From NCBI GenBank assembly GCA_002269645.1, contig NIVC01000392.1:1-64000 (forward strand): DNA of 64,000 nt, given 5' to 3'. This document shows positions 47,451 to 62,399 of the stretch, piece by piece; the first letter of the stretch is position 1, and each line of letters begins with the position of its first letter. The notes beneath the pieces are model-generated. The model saw nothing but the letters and a program-made list of their open reading frames with translations. It searched no databases and was not told where the DNA came from. The translations under genes and the position numbers were made by a program. Source of the DNA: Macrostomum lignano (Eukaryota).

Positions 47451-47963
47451 TTACAGAGTTGTCGTTATCGAGGATTCCGGAAAAAATGAACTTTTGTTCC
47501 TATTTTCGGGTGCTGGCGTTGGAGGTGTGCTGAAATCCTTGCTCCAAGTTGCTGGTAGTTCAAGCTTTGGCGGCCTGTTCCTCTTGTGCTTTGGCAGCCA
47601 AAAATTCCAAATCTTTTGTTGCTCCTCCCACGACGGATTATACAGATCTTGATGGTTCCGAAAACGTATTTTTTGGCGATGCTCTTCACTTAGTATCGGA
47701 GCCAGTAATCTCTCCATTCGTGCTAAATCAGCTTTGAATCTCATTTTGTCCCGTAGTTGCTCATTTATCCTGGCTGCTGCGTAGTCTTGGCTGTCGTAGG
47801 GGCCTTGATCAATTTCCTCGACCTTGGCATTGAAGGTGACTAATCGCTCGGAAATCGGTTTGCTGTGGCAAATGCACAACCAGTCAGCAGATTTTTTCAA
47901 GGCCTCATATTCGTCTTTTTCCTCGTTCGATAATAGGGGGTAGTCTCTGGAAATCCAGCTCAT
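47451..47963 (-). CDS. Hypothetical protein (170 aa)
   Basis: Intact ORF on the coding strand, with TATATAAG at 48083-48090; no family recognised. Confidence 0.6.
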   Translation of the reverse strand: MSWISRDYPLLSNEEKDEYEALKKSADWLCICHSKPISERLVTFNAKVEEIDQGPYDSQDYAAARINEQLRDKMRFKADLARMERLLAPILSEEHRQKIRFRNHQDLYNPSWEEQQKIWNFWLPKHKRNRPPKLELPATWSKDFSTPPTPAPENRNKSSFFPESSITTTL

Positions 47964-48140
47964 TTCTTGTCAAGCACTTGCTGCGTTGTTCGCACTAGTG
48001 GTGGGGATTTATTCGAGCTTGAAAAACTGCCGAGAATCCGAGAAAAATTTGCAGGTACGGGTGCTTGGTGCCCCGGGTTGGTGCTTATATACCCGAGAGT
48101 CTCAATAAGTTTTTGTTTTAATTACATGTTAACGAGCTTT

Positions 48141-48323
48141 TTACGGTGTTGTCGTTATCGAGGATTCCAGAAAAAAAGAGACTTTTGTACCTATTTTCGG
48201 TGTTGGCGTTGGAGGTGTGTTGAAATCCTTGCTCAAAGTTGTTGGCAGTTCATGCTTTGTCGATCTGATCCTCTTGTGCTTTGGCAACCAAAAATTGCTT
48301 GTCAAACATTGCGTTTTCCACAT
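48141..48323 (-). pseudogene. Truncated paralogue of the 3' end of ORF 47451-47963
   Basis: NFWLPKHKRIRSTKHELPTTLSKDFNTPPTP versus NFWLPKHKRNRPPKLELPATWSKDFSTPPTP. Confidence 0.6.
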
Positions 48324-48592
48324 GATTGGGGTGTTAATTGAACTTGGTGAATTTAGATAAACGGCCGAGAATCCAAATTTTCTTATTTATAGTTTGCTGT
48401 CTGAACAAAGTTGGTTTGGCATCTTGTTAAACGAGAATATTTCATGCATAGAAGTTTGTGTTTTCAGACCTTGATGACGTGTCTGGCTATAAAGTTAGCA
48501 TTGTGGCTCGACCGGGTTGTTGCGTAACACTGCTGCAGGTAGCTATAGCGGCCAGCGCAGGGCAGAGGGGTGGACAGCGGCGATTTACTGGC

Positions 48593-49146
48593 TGACTGAC
48601 TCATCATGCCTCCGCGTGGGGCCGCCAATTTTGTGGGGGTCACAGACAATTCTGTGCGTACACCAATTTTGGGTGTATATATGGACAGTAAATATGGACA
48701 AGTAATAATATGGACAGTTATGGGGTGGGCGGACGCTAAAATTCTGCGCGTACACCAATTTTGGGATGGACAGTAAATATGGACAAGTAATAATATGGAC
48801 AGTTATGGGGTAGGCGCTCTAATTCTGCCAATTTTTGGTATATATGGACAGTTAATATGGACAGTTAATTCTGCGTACACCAATGCTGCATTGTGTGGGG
48901 ATGGGGGCGCGCGTTTCTACGTACAACAACTGCGAAGCGCTAATTATGCGTACTATATTGTACTGGTCGTCGCTGCTGTACGATACAGTGTACATGTATA
49001 GATTTTACATGAGAGTATAAATGTCTCACATAATGACTCTGGACCAATTAGAATCGGTCTAATGTATTTAGATAGGCGTTGAATTTGCATTGGCTCTGAC
49101 ACCCACCTCACCTCTAAAACCGACAACTTTCTGCACATTACGTAGT
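48593..49146 (-). repeat. Right TIR (554 bp)
   Basis: Mirror of 38947-39500; the ORF track shows identical mirrored translations. Confidence 0.95.
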
Positions 49147-49914
49147 AAGACTCAAATTCAGGAAATTTAAGGATAGCCTAAGACATTCTCTGTAGTGAGT
49201 TTAAGGTGGGTGCAAAAATTTGGTATAATTTGGTCGGGTGGTTTGGGAGTCCATTGCGAACAAAATTGTCCACAGACACACAGAGTTTTGATTTTTATAT
49301 GTATAGATGAAACTTCAGAATTTGTTTAAATGCACCGTAGCCCCCCACCCCAATCTTACTATAAATATATGCACATTTTGTGCCCAGAGAGGCAACCGAT
49401 ACCAACACCGACCAAAGTTTTAGACCTTTTGGTTCATAGGCGAATTGCCTATAAAATTGAAGAAGTGTTCCAAGCCTTCCTTCATTTGCTTTGAGCTAAG
49501 AGCAAATGCTCATTGGACTAGAGGTAGAAATTACCAAAAGCAAGAGACAAATAGTCAAAGAGCCAATAGCGTACTAGCAAAGAGCAGAGGCATAACCAGC
49601 CAATAGAAAGGGGAGAAATATCCAAATAAACTGTTTGAACTGAACAAACCAATGGGAAGTTGTATATGACAAAAGCAAATCCTTAAGAGGAAATTGAAAT
49701 TCACCAGGCAACCTCAATCCATTGAAGGGCGCTGCTTTAGGACTTAGTCACTCCCCTCTTCCCTAGCTAATCAGTGTCTTGCCGCTCGGGCACTGCGCGC
49801 TACCAGGGCAGTCCATACTTACGCAAAGGCCTATAATCTCAACTCCGTGACATCGTATTTTAATAGCTTATAACAATTCTAAAGGCTAATTTTGTAGAAT
49901 TCTAGAATTTTAAC

Positions 49915-50313
49915 TAGAGGTCGGACAAGCAGAAAATTTTGGTCGGGCGTGAAATTTCGTGAAATTTTCAAAGTCGGGCGTGATTGTGATCGTGATTTTA
50001 TATTTGCATACACATATTTTGAGCCTGTAAGTTACAAGTGTTGAAAATAACAAAACAAGAAAATAAATATTTATAAATTGATAATAGCTACTCGGTAATG
50101 CTGTCAAGTCAACAAATTTAAAATTTATTACTCTTTTACACATTTGTGTTCACATATTTTGGTAAACCAAGTAGAAAAGTCATACTTCTAATGAAAATGT
50201 AATAAAGCGAAATTCACGACTGTCGTGAACGGGTTTCAAGGAAATAACGATCGTGAAAAATGGTCGTGAATTCACGAAATCGAGATCACGATTGTGATCA
50301 CGTCCGACCCCTA
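49915..50313. mobile_element. hAT-like MITE (399 bp) inside the Gypsy 2 3' LTR
   Basis: TIR TAGAGGTCGGAC / GTCCGACCCCTA; 8-bp TSD ATTTTAAC (49907-49914, 50314-50321); absent from the 5' LTR. Confidence 0.92.
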
Positions 50314-50364
50314 ATTTTAACAAATTTCATAATAGTACAACTTGGTGGCAATTGGCAATTGTAG

Positions 50365-50724
50365 CAAGGTTTTTTTTTGTGCGCAGAGTGTGCGTATGCA
50401 CCCTAAATTTTAAAATTGCACCCTGAAATTAAAAAAGTAGGTGCAGTCTTTTAACCATTTTTCTTTAAAGGCTTAACCATGCTTAAGCTTTTTTTCATGC
50501 ACTGCCTTAAAATATAATACAAAATCACTCTTTAAATCCTATTAAGTCATATAGGCGATATAGGCCTAGCCTATGGCTATAGCCTTATGTAAGATATTAA
50601 AATATACATTTCCAGTTGTCTGAAACAAGACTCAAGAGAAATTGCACTCTGAGCCTTAAAATTGCACCTTGAAATTTGGCACAATGTGCGATTTTGCACC
50701 TTGTCTCTGGCGAAAAAAACCCAG
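50365..50724. mobile_element. hAT-like MITE (360 bp) inside the Gypsy 2 3' LTR
   Basis: Imperfect TIR CAAGGTTTTTTTT / AAAAAAAACCCAG; 8-bp TSD AATTGTAG (50357-50364, 50725-50732). Confidence 0.85.
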
Positions 50725-51114
50725 AATTGTAGGATTACCAACTTAGCTTAAATACCCCTCCAACAAATATATTATCTATCTTATATAATAGGCCTATAGA
50801 TAGTATATTAGGTGTAAGACCAAGATGGCCACACACCAAGATGGCCACAGCTGGGGTGGGGGTCACGGAAAATGACAGCTGGTTTACTATTGGATAGCTT
50901 CGGGTGGGGAGATGTGAGGTTGCAATGGGGGGGTTTAGACAGGCAGTCAAAATTTTATTAGTTTATTGCAGGGCTAAAGACAAAAATGGTTACGAGTCTT
51001 AACTTCCTACTTATAGTAGGCCCCTAAGAGGTGTAAACATATTTCGTATTAAACAAATCTCTTCTTCATAGAGATTGAAGAGTTGATCCTAGACATGTAC
51101 CTGCCCAGTTTCAT

Positions 51115-51324
51115 TTGCAGGATGTGACAGTTCCTGAGACAAACGGGCGACACTTCGTCTTCATGACGACAACTCAGCGAGAACTATTATCAACCCGACG
51201 AATCTTGAAGTGCGACGGAACTTTTAGCATTGTCAAGGCACCTTTCAAACAGCTTTACAGTGTACACGGCGCGATTCGCTTTGATGGGCAGGAAAGGCTG
51301 GTGCCACTACTGACATGTCCGTAG
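51115..51324 (+). pseudogene. Mutator/MULE transposase fragment
   Basis: CDGTFSIVKAPFKQLYSVH matches the MULE DGTF...F.QLY.IH motif around the first catalytic Asp. Confidence 0.8.
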
Positions 51325-52075
51325 CCGCCTTCCAGCCGCACCGAAATTTTAAATGAGTGCCCCAGGTGTAATTTTTATAAAAATAAATCACATATGCTCT
51401 TAATTGATTACCCCAAAACATGTTTCGCATGGTCGATGCTGTTTCTATGAAAATCTGGCAGTGAAAGTTGGCTTTAGGGCGGCTGAAGGGCGGCTGGAAG
51501 GGGGCTGGAGAATTGCTCTGTATTGGCGCAGTATAATTGTGCCCCAAATGGAAAAAAATTAGATGCAAGTCTTATCTTTAATATGCACAATAAACTGTGG
51601 TTCATTGGCTTTTATTTCTTAGAGTAGTGTGACCTTTAGTTTGAAATTCAGCATTCCAATAGGTAAAAGCGTGCCCCAACCATTTTCTTGACTAGCGGCT
51701 AATGCCCCAATGCGGTAAAAAGAAGCAGGGTCAAAATTTTACTGTATAAGTAAATTTCTGTACATGCCCCACAATTTCCAACTGAGTGGCGAAGTGAAAT
51801 AATTCTTGATTGTCACTCAGACACCAGTCATTACGACTTACAGTCGAGATTACGACTTTGCAATCGTAAAAAATTAAATTCTAACTTGTTGCAAAGCTTG
51901 TCTACTAATAGACTAATGGACCGATTCATAAATTACTATCAATGTGACAATGCCCATGTTGATGGATATGTAATTGTATGTGTCCTTTAGAAATATTAAA
52001 AACTGGCATGACAATTGTCACTTTAAGATTGTAATCAAATCACTCAATATATTCTATAATCTATATATATGCCTA

Positions 52076-52774
52076 CAAGCTGTTGAAACCCGCGGATTTT
52101 GAACCCGGGAAACTCCAATCCCCGGAACTATTTTTGCATGTATTGAGATTAAACTCAAACAAAAACATTTATTAGTTGGGATAGAGTTAAACATGAAATA
52201 GAGTACATTCGAGTAAAATTAGGATTTGAGGCAAACATTGATATTGTTGGCTGGGGTGCTGCGCAGAATGTCAGGAAAACTCTGGCCTCTACCTCTGCCT
52301 CTCCCTATGTCCCTTGCATTCTTTGAAACTTCCATCTTCTCTTCTGTTTCCTCACTTCTCTCTTGTCTCTTGTCTCTTCTCTCTCCTCTCATCTCTTCTT
52401 TCTTCTCTCCTCTGTCCCCTCTTCTTTTGTCTCTTCCCTCTATTCGTTTCTCTCTCCTTTCCTCTCTTCTCTCTCGTCTCTGCTCTCCCATCTCTCCTTT
52501 CTCCTCTTTTATCTCTTCTCATTTCTCTCTGCTCTCTCCTCTCTCTTCTCTCTCTGCTCTCTACTCTCTCTTCCCTCTCCTCTCCTCTCTTCTCACTCAT
52601 TACATTACCCTCTCTCAACACTTCCCTCATCTCTCCTCTCTCCTTTCTCTTCTCTTCTCTCCACTCTCTCCTCTCATCTCTTCTATCGTTTCTTTCCTCA
52701 CCTCTCTTCTCTCTCATCTTTGCTCTATTATCTTTCCTTTCTCTTCTTTTATCTTTTCTCTCTTATCTCTTCTC

Positions 52775-52858
<84 letters not shown>

Positions 52859-53532
52859 TCTCTGCTCTCTCCTGTCTCATCTCTCTTCTCCTCTCTAATC
52901 TCTTCCCTCTTTCCTCTCCTCTCTCGTCCTTCCCCTGTTTCCCCTGCTTCTCGATTCTCTCCCTCCCCTCCTCTCTCCTCACTCACTTCTCTCTCCCTTT
53001 GTCTCACCTCTCATCTCTCATCTCTTATTTCTTATCTCTCCTCTTTTCTCTGTCATCTGTCATCTTTACTCTCTTATACTCGTATGCTCTCTCACCTCTC
53101 TCCTTTGTACTATTCTCTTTCCCCTCTTTTGACTCCTCTCTTTCCTTTCTCCTTTCTCCTTTCTTCTCTTCTCTCCCCTCTTCTATACTCTCTCCCTCTC
53201 TTGTCTTCTCTCTTTTCTCTCCACTCTCCTCTCTCCTCTCATATATCGTCTGTTCACTCTCATCTGTCTCACCCCCTCTCTCTTCTGTCATCTCTACTCT
53301 CCTCTCTCCTGTGTACTCTTCTCTTTCCCCTCTTCTGACTCCCCTCTTTCCTTACTCCTCTCTTCTCTTGCCTCTTCTTTACTCTCTCCACTCTATTCTC
53401 TTCTCTCGTCTCTCGTCTCTCTGCACTCAGCTCTCTCCTCCTTCATCTCTCATCTCTCCTTTTCTCTCTTATCTCTACAATCTAATTTCTTTCCTCTCTC
53501 CTCCTCTTCCCTTTACTCTATCTCTCCTTTCT

Positions 53533-53626
<94 letters not shown>

Positions 53627-55162
53627 TTTATCTCCTCTCTTCTCACTCCTCTCTCCCCCTCTTATCTCCTCTCCTCGATCCTTTCTAATCTCTCCTCTCG
53701 ATCCTCTCCTCTCTACTCTCCTCTCTCATCGATCCTGTCTTATCTCTCCCCTCTTCTCTCTCCCTCTTCTCACCTCTACTCTTTCCTCTCTCTTCTCTCT
53801 CCCCCCTCTCGCTTTTTCCTCGCATATTCTCTGCTCTCTCCTCACCCCCTCGTATCTCTTGTTATCTTCTATTATTTCTCTTATTCCCCTCTCGCCCCTC
53901 CTTCTCTTTCTAATAGTCTATTCCTTCTCCTTTCCACTCTCATCTGGCCCGCAGCCATGAGCTGGATTCTTTATCTGGCCTTTGAGGTAAAAATCTGCCG
54001 ATCCCTGCTTCGAAAGCCAGTTTTTGGGACGTAGTTGTTATCATTTCTCATGCTTTAATCACGTCATCTTTCTGGCCAATTAGTAGCCCTGAGAGGAATC
54101 TCCAGCTCCACGAACACCACCACAGTCTGCAGCAGTCTAACAACCAAGGACACACGCATTTCTTAGGAGATATTTAAATTTTAAAGTACCTTATGCGAAA
54201 CTTAATGTTAAAAGTTTCATGGTGTAACTAATTTAGTAGGATTGCATCGTAATCAGTTATTTATTAATTTTTCGCTATTTTTACAAATACGCTCGTACAA
54301 ACCATCCCGCTGCTCGCATCGCCTTGGTTTGCCGCTGCTGCAGACTGTCCATACAGAGGACAGTGGTTTGAATCTCTCACTAAACTGTCAAGGCTAAACG
54401 TAGCCTCTCCACGCGCGGGGTGCAGAGAAGGCTATTAAAAAGTTATTCCAAAACACTGTACATTTGCTATGTACATTCAGCCCTATCGCCTGACCCTTCG
54501 TCTGGGCTGGGGGAATGAGTGAGTGAGTGGCACAAACAACAGAAAAAGCAGACAAACATCACATGCTTACAGTTTCTTTTTCGGTTGAGTTACAGAGTTG
54601 AAACTTTACATTTAGATAGAGAATGAGTCAATGAAGAATTGTGTCAAGTTTGAAGTCAATCGCTTTACGTGGAGCAAACTTATGGCAGCTGAAAGTTAGT
54701 CAATTTTGAAACCCTTTTACACATCTGGGCCCAGATCGGTATCGGGAAAGAGAGGCAGGCGGGCGGAGGTTGGGGTGGTTGCTACGCTGAAAAAAACAGC
54801 CTAACTTTAAAAGTGCACAGCACCGCTCAGGATTAACTTTGAGACTCAAAAGTTTACATGATTGTGCCAAAATAGTTTAAGATTATCTGTGTCAAATTTG
54901 AAGAGAATCGGTAGAAGTGGAGCGGCGCTATGGAGGATTAAGTGAAAAAATCGCGCATTTTGAGCAGTTTTTTGTACTTTTAGGTAGGAAGACTTGAGTC
55001 TAGGAAATTTAAAGGTAGCCTAAGACACTCTCCGTAGTAAGTTTAGGGTGGGTGTAAAGTTTGGTGTCATTTGGTTGAGCAGTTTGGGAGTCCATAGCGA
55101 TCAAAATTGTCCACACACACACACACACACACACACAGAGTTTTGATTTTTATATGTAGAGA
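52076..55162 (-). mobile_element. Non-autonomous Helitron copy B (3087 bp)
   Basis: 5'-TCTCTAC...hairpin (52089-52109)...CAACAGCTTG-3'; host A at 52075; CT-rich interior. Confidence 0.88.
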
Positions 55163-58109
55163 CAAGCTGTTGAAACCCGCGGATTTTGAACCCGGGGAAC
55201 TCCATTCCCCGGAATTATTTTTGCATGTATTCTAAAATCTGAGGTAAAACTCAAACAAAAATTTGTTCCATTGTTAATAGTTAGGATAGAGTTAGGATCA
55301 TGTAAAATTAGGATTTGAGGCAAACATTGATATTGTTGGCTGGGGTGCTGCGCAGAATGTCAGGCAAACTCTGGCCTCTACGTACCTCTGCCTCTCCCTA
55401 TGTCCTTTGCATCCTTTGAAACTTCCATCTTCTTTTCTGTTTCCTATCTTCTCTCTCGTCTCTTCTCTCTCTCCCCTCTTATCTTTTCTTTCTTCTCTCC
55501 TCTCTCGTCTCTTCTCTCGTCTCTTCCCTCTCCCCTCTATTCTTTTCTCTCTCTTCTCCTCTCTTCGCTCTGGTCTCTGGTCTCTCATATCTCCTTTCTC
55601 CTGTTTTATCTTTTCTCATTTCTCTCTGCTCTCTACTCTGTCTTCCCTCACCTCTCCACTCACTCCTTACTCTACCTTCTCTCAACACTTTCCTTATCTC
55701 TACTCTCTCCTTTTTCCTCTCTTCTCTCAACTCTTTCCTCTCCTCTGTCCACTCTCTCCTCTCATCTCTCTGCTCTCTCCTATCCTATCTCTCTTCTCTC
55801 TCTCTTCTCTCCCCTCTTTCCTCTCCTCCCTCGTCCTTTTCACCAATTTCCCCTGTCCTCTCGATTCTCTCCCTTCACCTCCTCTCTCCTCACTCACTTC
55901 TCATCTCTCCCTTGTCTACACCTCTCATCCCTTATTTCTTATCTCTCCTCTTTTCTCTCTACTCTCCCATCTCTCATCTGTTCACTCTCGTTTCTGCTCT
56001 CTCATCTCCCCTCTCTTATCAGTCATCTTTACTCTCATATGTTCTCTCACCTCTCCCCTTGTACTCCTCTCTTTTCCCTTTTTGACTCAGGAGGACTCGA
56101 TCCTTTCTTCTTTCTTCTCGTCTCTTCTCTTCTCTCTTCTATACTCTCTCCCTCTCTTGTCTTCTCTCTTCTCTCTCACTCTCCTCTCTCCTCTCTTATA
56201 TCGTCTGTTCACTCTCATCTTTGCTCTCTCATTCCCCTCTCTCTTCTGTCATCTCTACTCTCCTCTCTACTGTGTACTCTTCTCTTTCCCCTCTTCTGAC
56301 TCCTCTCTTTCTAGCTTACTCCTCTCTTCTCTTCCCTCTTCTATACTCTCTCCCCTCTATTCTCTTTTCTCGTCTCTCCGCACTCTGCTCTCTCTTCCTT
56401 CATCTCTCATATTTCCTTTCATCTCACTTATCTCTACAATCTCATCTCTTTCCTCTCTCCTCCTCTTCCATTTACTCTATCATCTCTCCTTTGTCCTCTC
56501 TTCTTTCTAAACTCTCTCTCTCATATCTATCTTCTCTCTTCTCACTCGTCTCTCCCCCTCTTATCTCCTCCCCTCTATCCTTTCTAATCCCCCCTCTCGA
56601 TACTCTCATCTCCTCTTTGTTCTCTCATCTCACTCTTCTCTACTCTCCTCTCTCATCGATCCTCTGTCTTATCTCTCCCCTCTTCTCTCTCCATCTTCTC
56701 ACCTCTACTATTTCCTCTCCCTTCTCTCTCGCCTCCTCTCGCTTCTTCGTCCCATTTTCTCTGCTCTCTCCTCAACCTCCTCGTACGTCTCTCCTGTTAT
56801 CTTCTATCTTTTCTTTTATCCCCTCTCGCCCCTCCTCCCTTTCTAATAGTCTATTCCTTTTCCTTTTCACTCTCATCTGGCCCGTAGCCATGAGCTGGAT
56901 TCTTTATCTGGCCTTTGAGATAAAAATCTGCCGATCCCTGCTTCGAAAGCCAGTTTGTAGGACGTAGTACTATCGTGGTTGTTATCATTTCTCATGCTTT
57001 AATCACGTCATCTTTCTGGCCAATTAGCAGCCCTGAGAGAAATTTGTATATCTCCAGCTCCACCACCACAGTCTGCAGCAGTCTAACAAACAACCATGGA
57101 AATACGCATTTCTTAGGAGGCCATTTAAATTTTAAAGTACCTTATGCGAATCTTAATGTTAAAATTTTCATGGTGCAAGTGTAACTAATTTAGTAGGATT
57201 GCATTGTAATCAGTTATTCATTAATTTTTCGATATTTTTTACAAACCCTTGATTTGCCATCCTTGTTTAACTGCTGCAGACTTGTCTATTCAGAGGACAG
57301 TGGTTTGAAATTGAATCTCTCGCTAAACTCTCTCCTCTCTACGCCTCTCCACTTGCGGGGGTACAGAGAAGGCTATTAAAAAGTTATTCCAAAACACTGT
57401 ACATTCGCTATGTACATTGAGCCCTATCGCCTGACCCTTCGTCTGGACTGGGGGATTGGGGGAATGAGTGAGTTGAGCGCCACAAACAACAGAAAAAGCA
57501 GACAAACTTCACATGCTTACAGTTTCTTTTTCGGTTGAGCTACAGAGTTGAAACTTTACATTTAGATAGAGAATGAGTCAATGAAGAATTGTGTCAAGTT
57601 TGAAGTCAATCGCTTTACGTGGAGCAAACTTATGGCAGCTGAAAGTTAGTCAATTTTGAAACCCTTTTACACATCTGGGTCCAGATCGGGAAAGAGAGGC
57701 AGGCGGGCGGAGGTTGGGCCGTTGGGGTGGTTGCTACGCTGAAAAAAAACAGCCTAACTTTAAAAGTGCACAGCACCGCTCAGTATTAACTTTGAGATTT
57801 GAAATTTTACACGATTGTGTCAAAATAGTTGAAAATTGTCTGTGTCAAATTTGAAGAGAATCGGTAGAAGTGGAGCGGCGCTATGGAGGATTTAGTGAAA
57901 AAATCGCGCATTTTGAGCAGTTTTTTGTACTTTTAGGTAGGAAGACTTGAGTCTAGGAAATTAAAAGGTAGCCTAAGACATTCTCCGTAGTAAGTTTAGG
58001 GTGGGTGTAAAGTTTGGTGTAATTTGGTTGAGCGGTTTGGGACTCCATAGCGATCAAAATTGTCCACACACAGACACACACACAGAGTTTTGATTTTTAT
58101 ATGTAGAGA
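55163..58109 (-). mobile_element. Non-autonomous Helitron copy C (2947 bp)
   Basis: Head-to-tail junctions TAGAGA|CAAGCTG at 55162/55163 and 58109/58110. Confidence 0.88.
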
Positions 58110-61738
<3,629 letters not shown>

Positions 61739-62399
61739 TGTATATTAACACTCAGTAACACTAATATTTCAAACAATAATAGCTAGCTATGGCTATACAT
61801 ACAGAATTCTACATATGCACCTTCTTATGAATTATGTCATGTATGACTCAAATTTATTCAGAATATGATGCATGCAACTAGAGGAGCTTTATATTAAATC
61901 CAACTTTATTGTCACTTTTCTATACAATTAACAAAGTAATAATAATACTAGGCCTAATAGCTAGACTAGCTATTGATATTTAAAAATACAAAATTCTAGT
62001 AGCTAGGGCCTATTTACAATCTATTTTCTATTTTCTATTTCTGTTTCTATTCTATTTACAAGTTAGGCCTTATAAGCTAAATGATACCATTAGCTTCAAT
62101 ATAGTTAGAATGCTTCTTTTTTACTCATTCTTAGCTAACTTGAAAAAAATAAGTTCAATAGGCAAAACTTTTAGTCTTTTTTTAATTAATATACATATAG
62201 CTATGGCTCATTTTTAATATAATTGTTTGAGATACAAGTCTAGAATGTAATATATTCTTTAAATCAATAACAAAAATAATTATATTAATTTCCAAATTAT
62301 ATATTTGATAGATAACTCATATTCACAAAAAACAAAATCTGTTTCTGTGTATAATATATACTCAACATCAAGTGCTTCCATGTTAGTTCCACGTGTGCC

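Larger units (their letters stand above)
38947..49146 (-). mobile_element. Maverick/Polinton-type endogenous virus, 10,200 bp, lacking protein-primed PolB
   Basis: 6-bp TSD AAGACT (38941-38946, 49147-49152); 554-bp TIRs; rve integrase, capsid proteins, adenain and A32-like ATPase, all on the minus strand. Confidence 0.95.
36151..49307 (-). mobile_element. Non-autonomous Helitron copy A (2951 bp without the Maverick), CT-rich interior
   Basis: Minus strand 5'-TCTATAC...CAACAGCTTG-3' with a GC hairpin ~13 nt from the 3' end; inserted between host A and T with no TSD. Same family as copies B-D. Confidence 0.85.
27309..50765 (+). mobile_element. Decayed Ty3/Gypsy retrotransposon 2 with an extra 3' ORF, split by nested insertions
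   Basis: 5' LTR remnant 27309-27786 (ends CAACA), then PBS. Gag 27951-28847; pol to 33260 (FLLDTGAS, SYIDDI, VLDTDAS, HIDIIG/HTDNG/GLVERFN). 3' LTR 49558-50765, about 94% identical by manual count once two MITEs are removed. Sequence at 36150 continues at 49308 across the Helitron (A|T site). Confidence 0.88.

Noticed and set aside
51322-51508. Small inverted-repeat element truncating the MULE fragment
   Set aside because: The ~20-bp inverted match is imperfect and no TSD could be identified.
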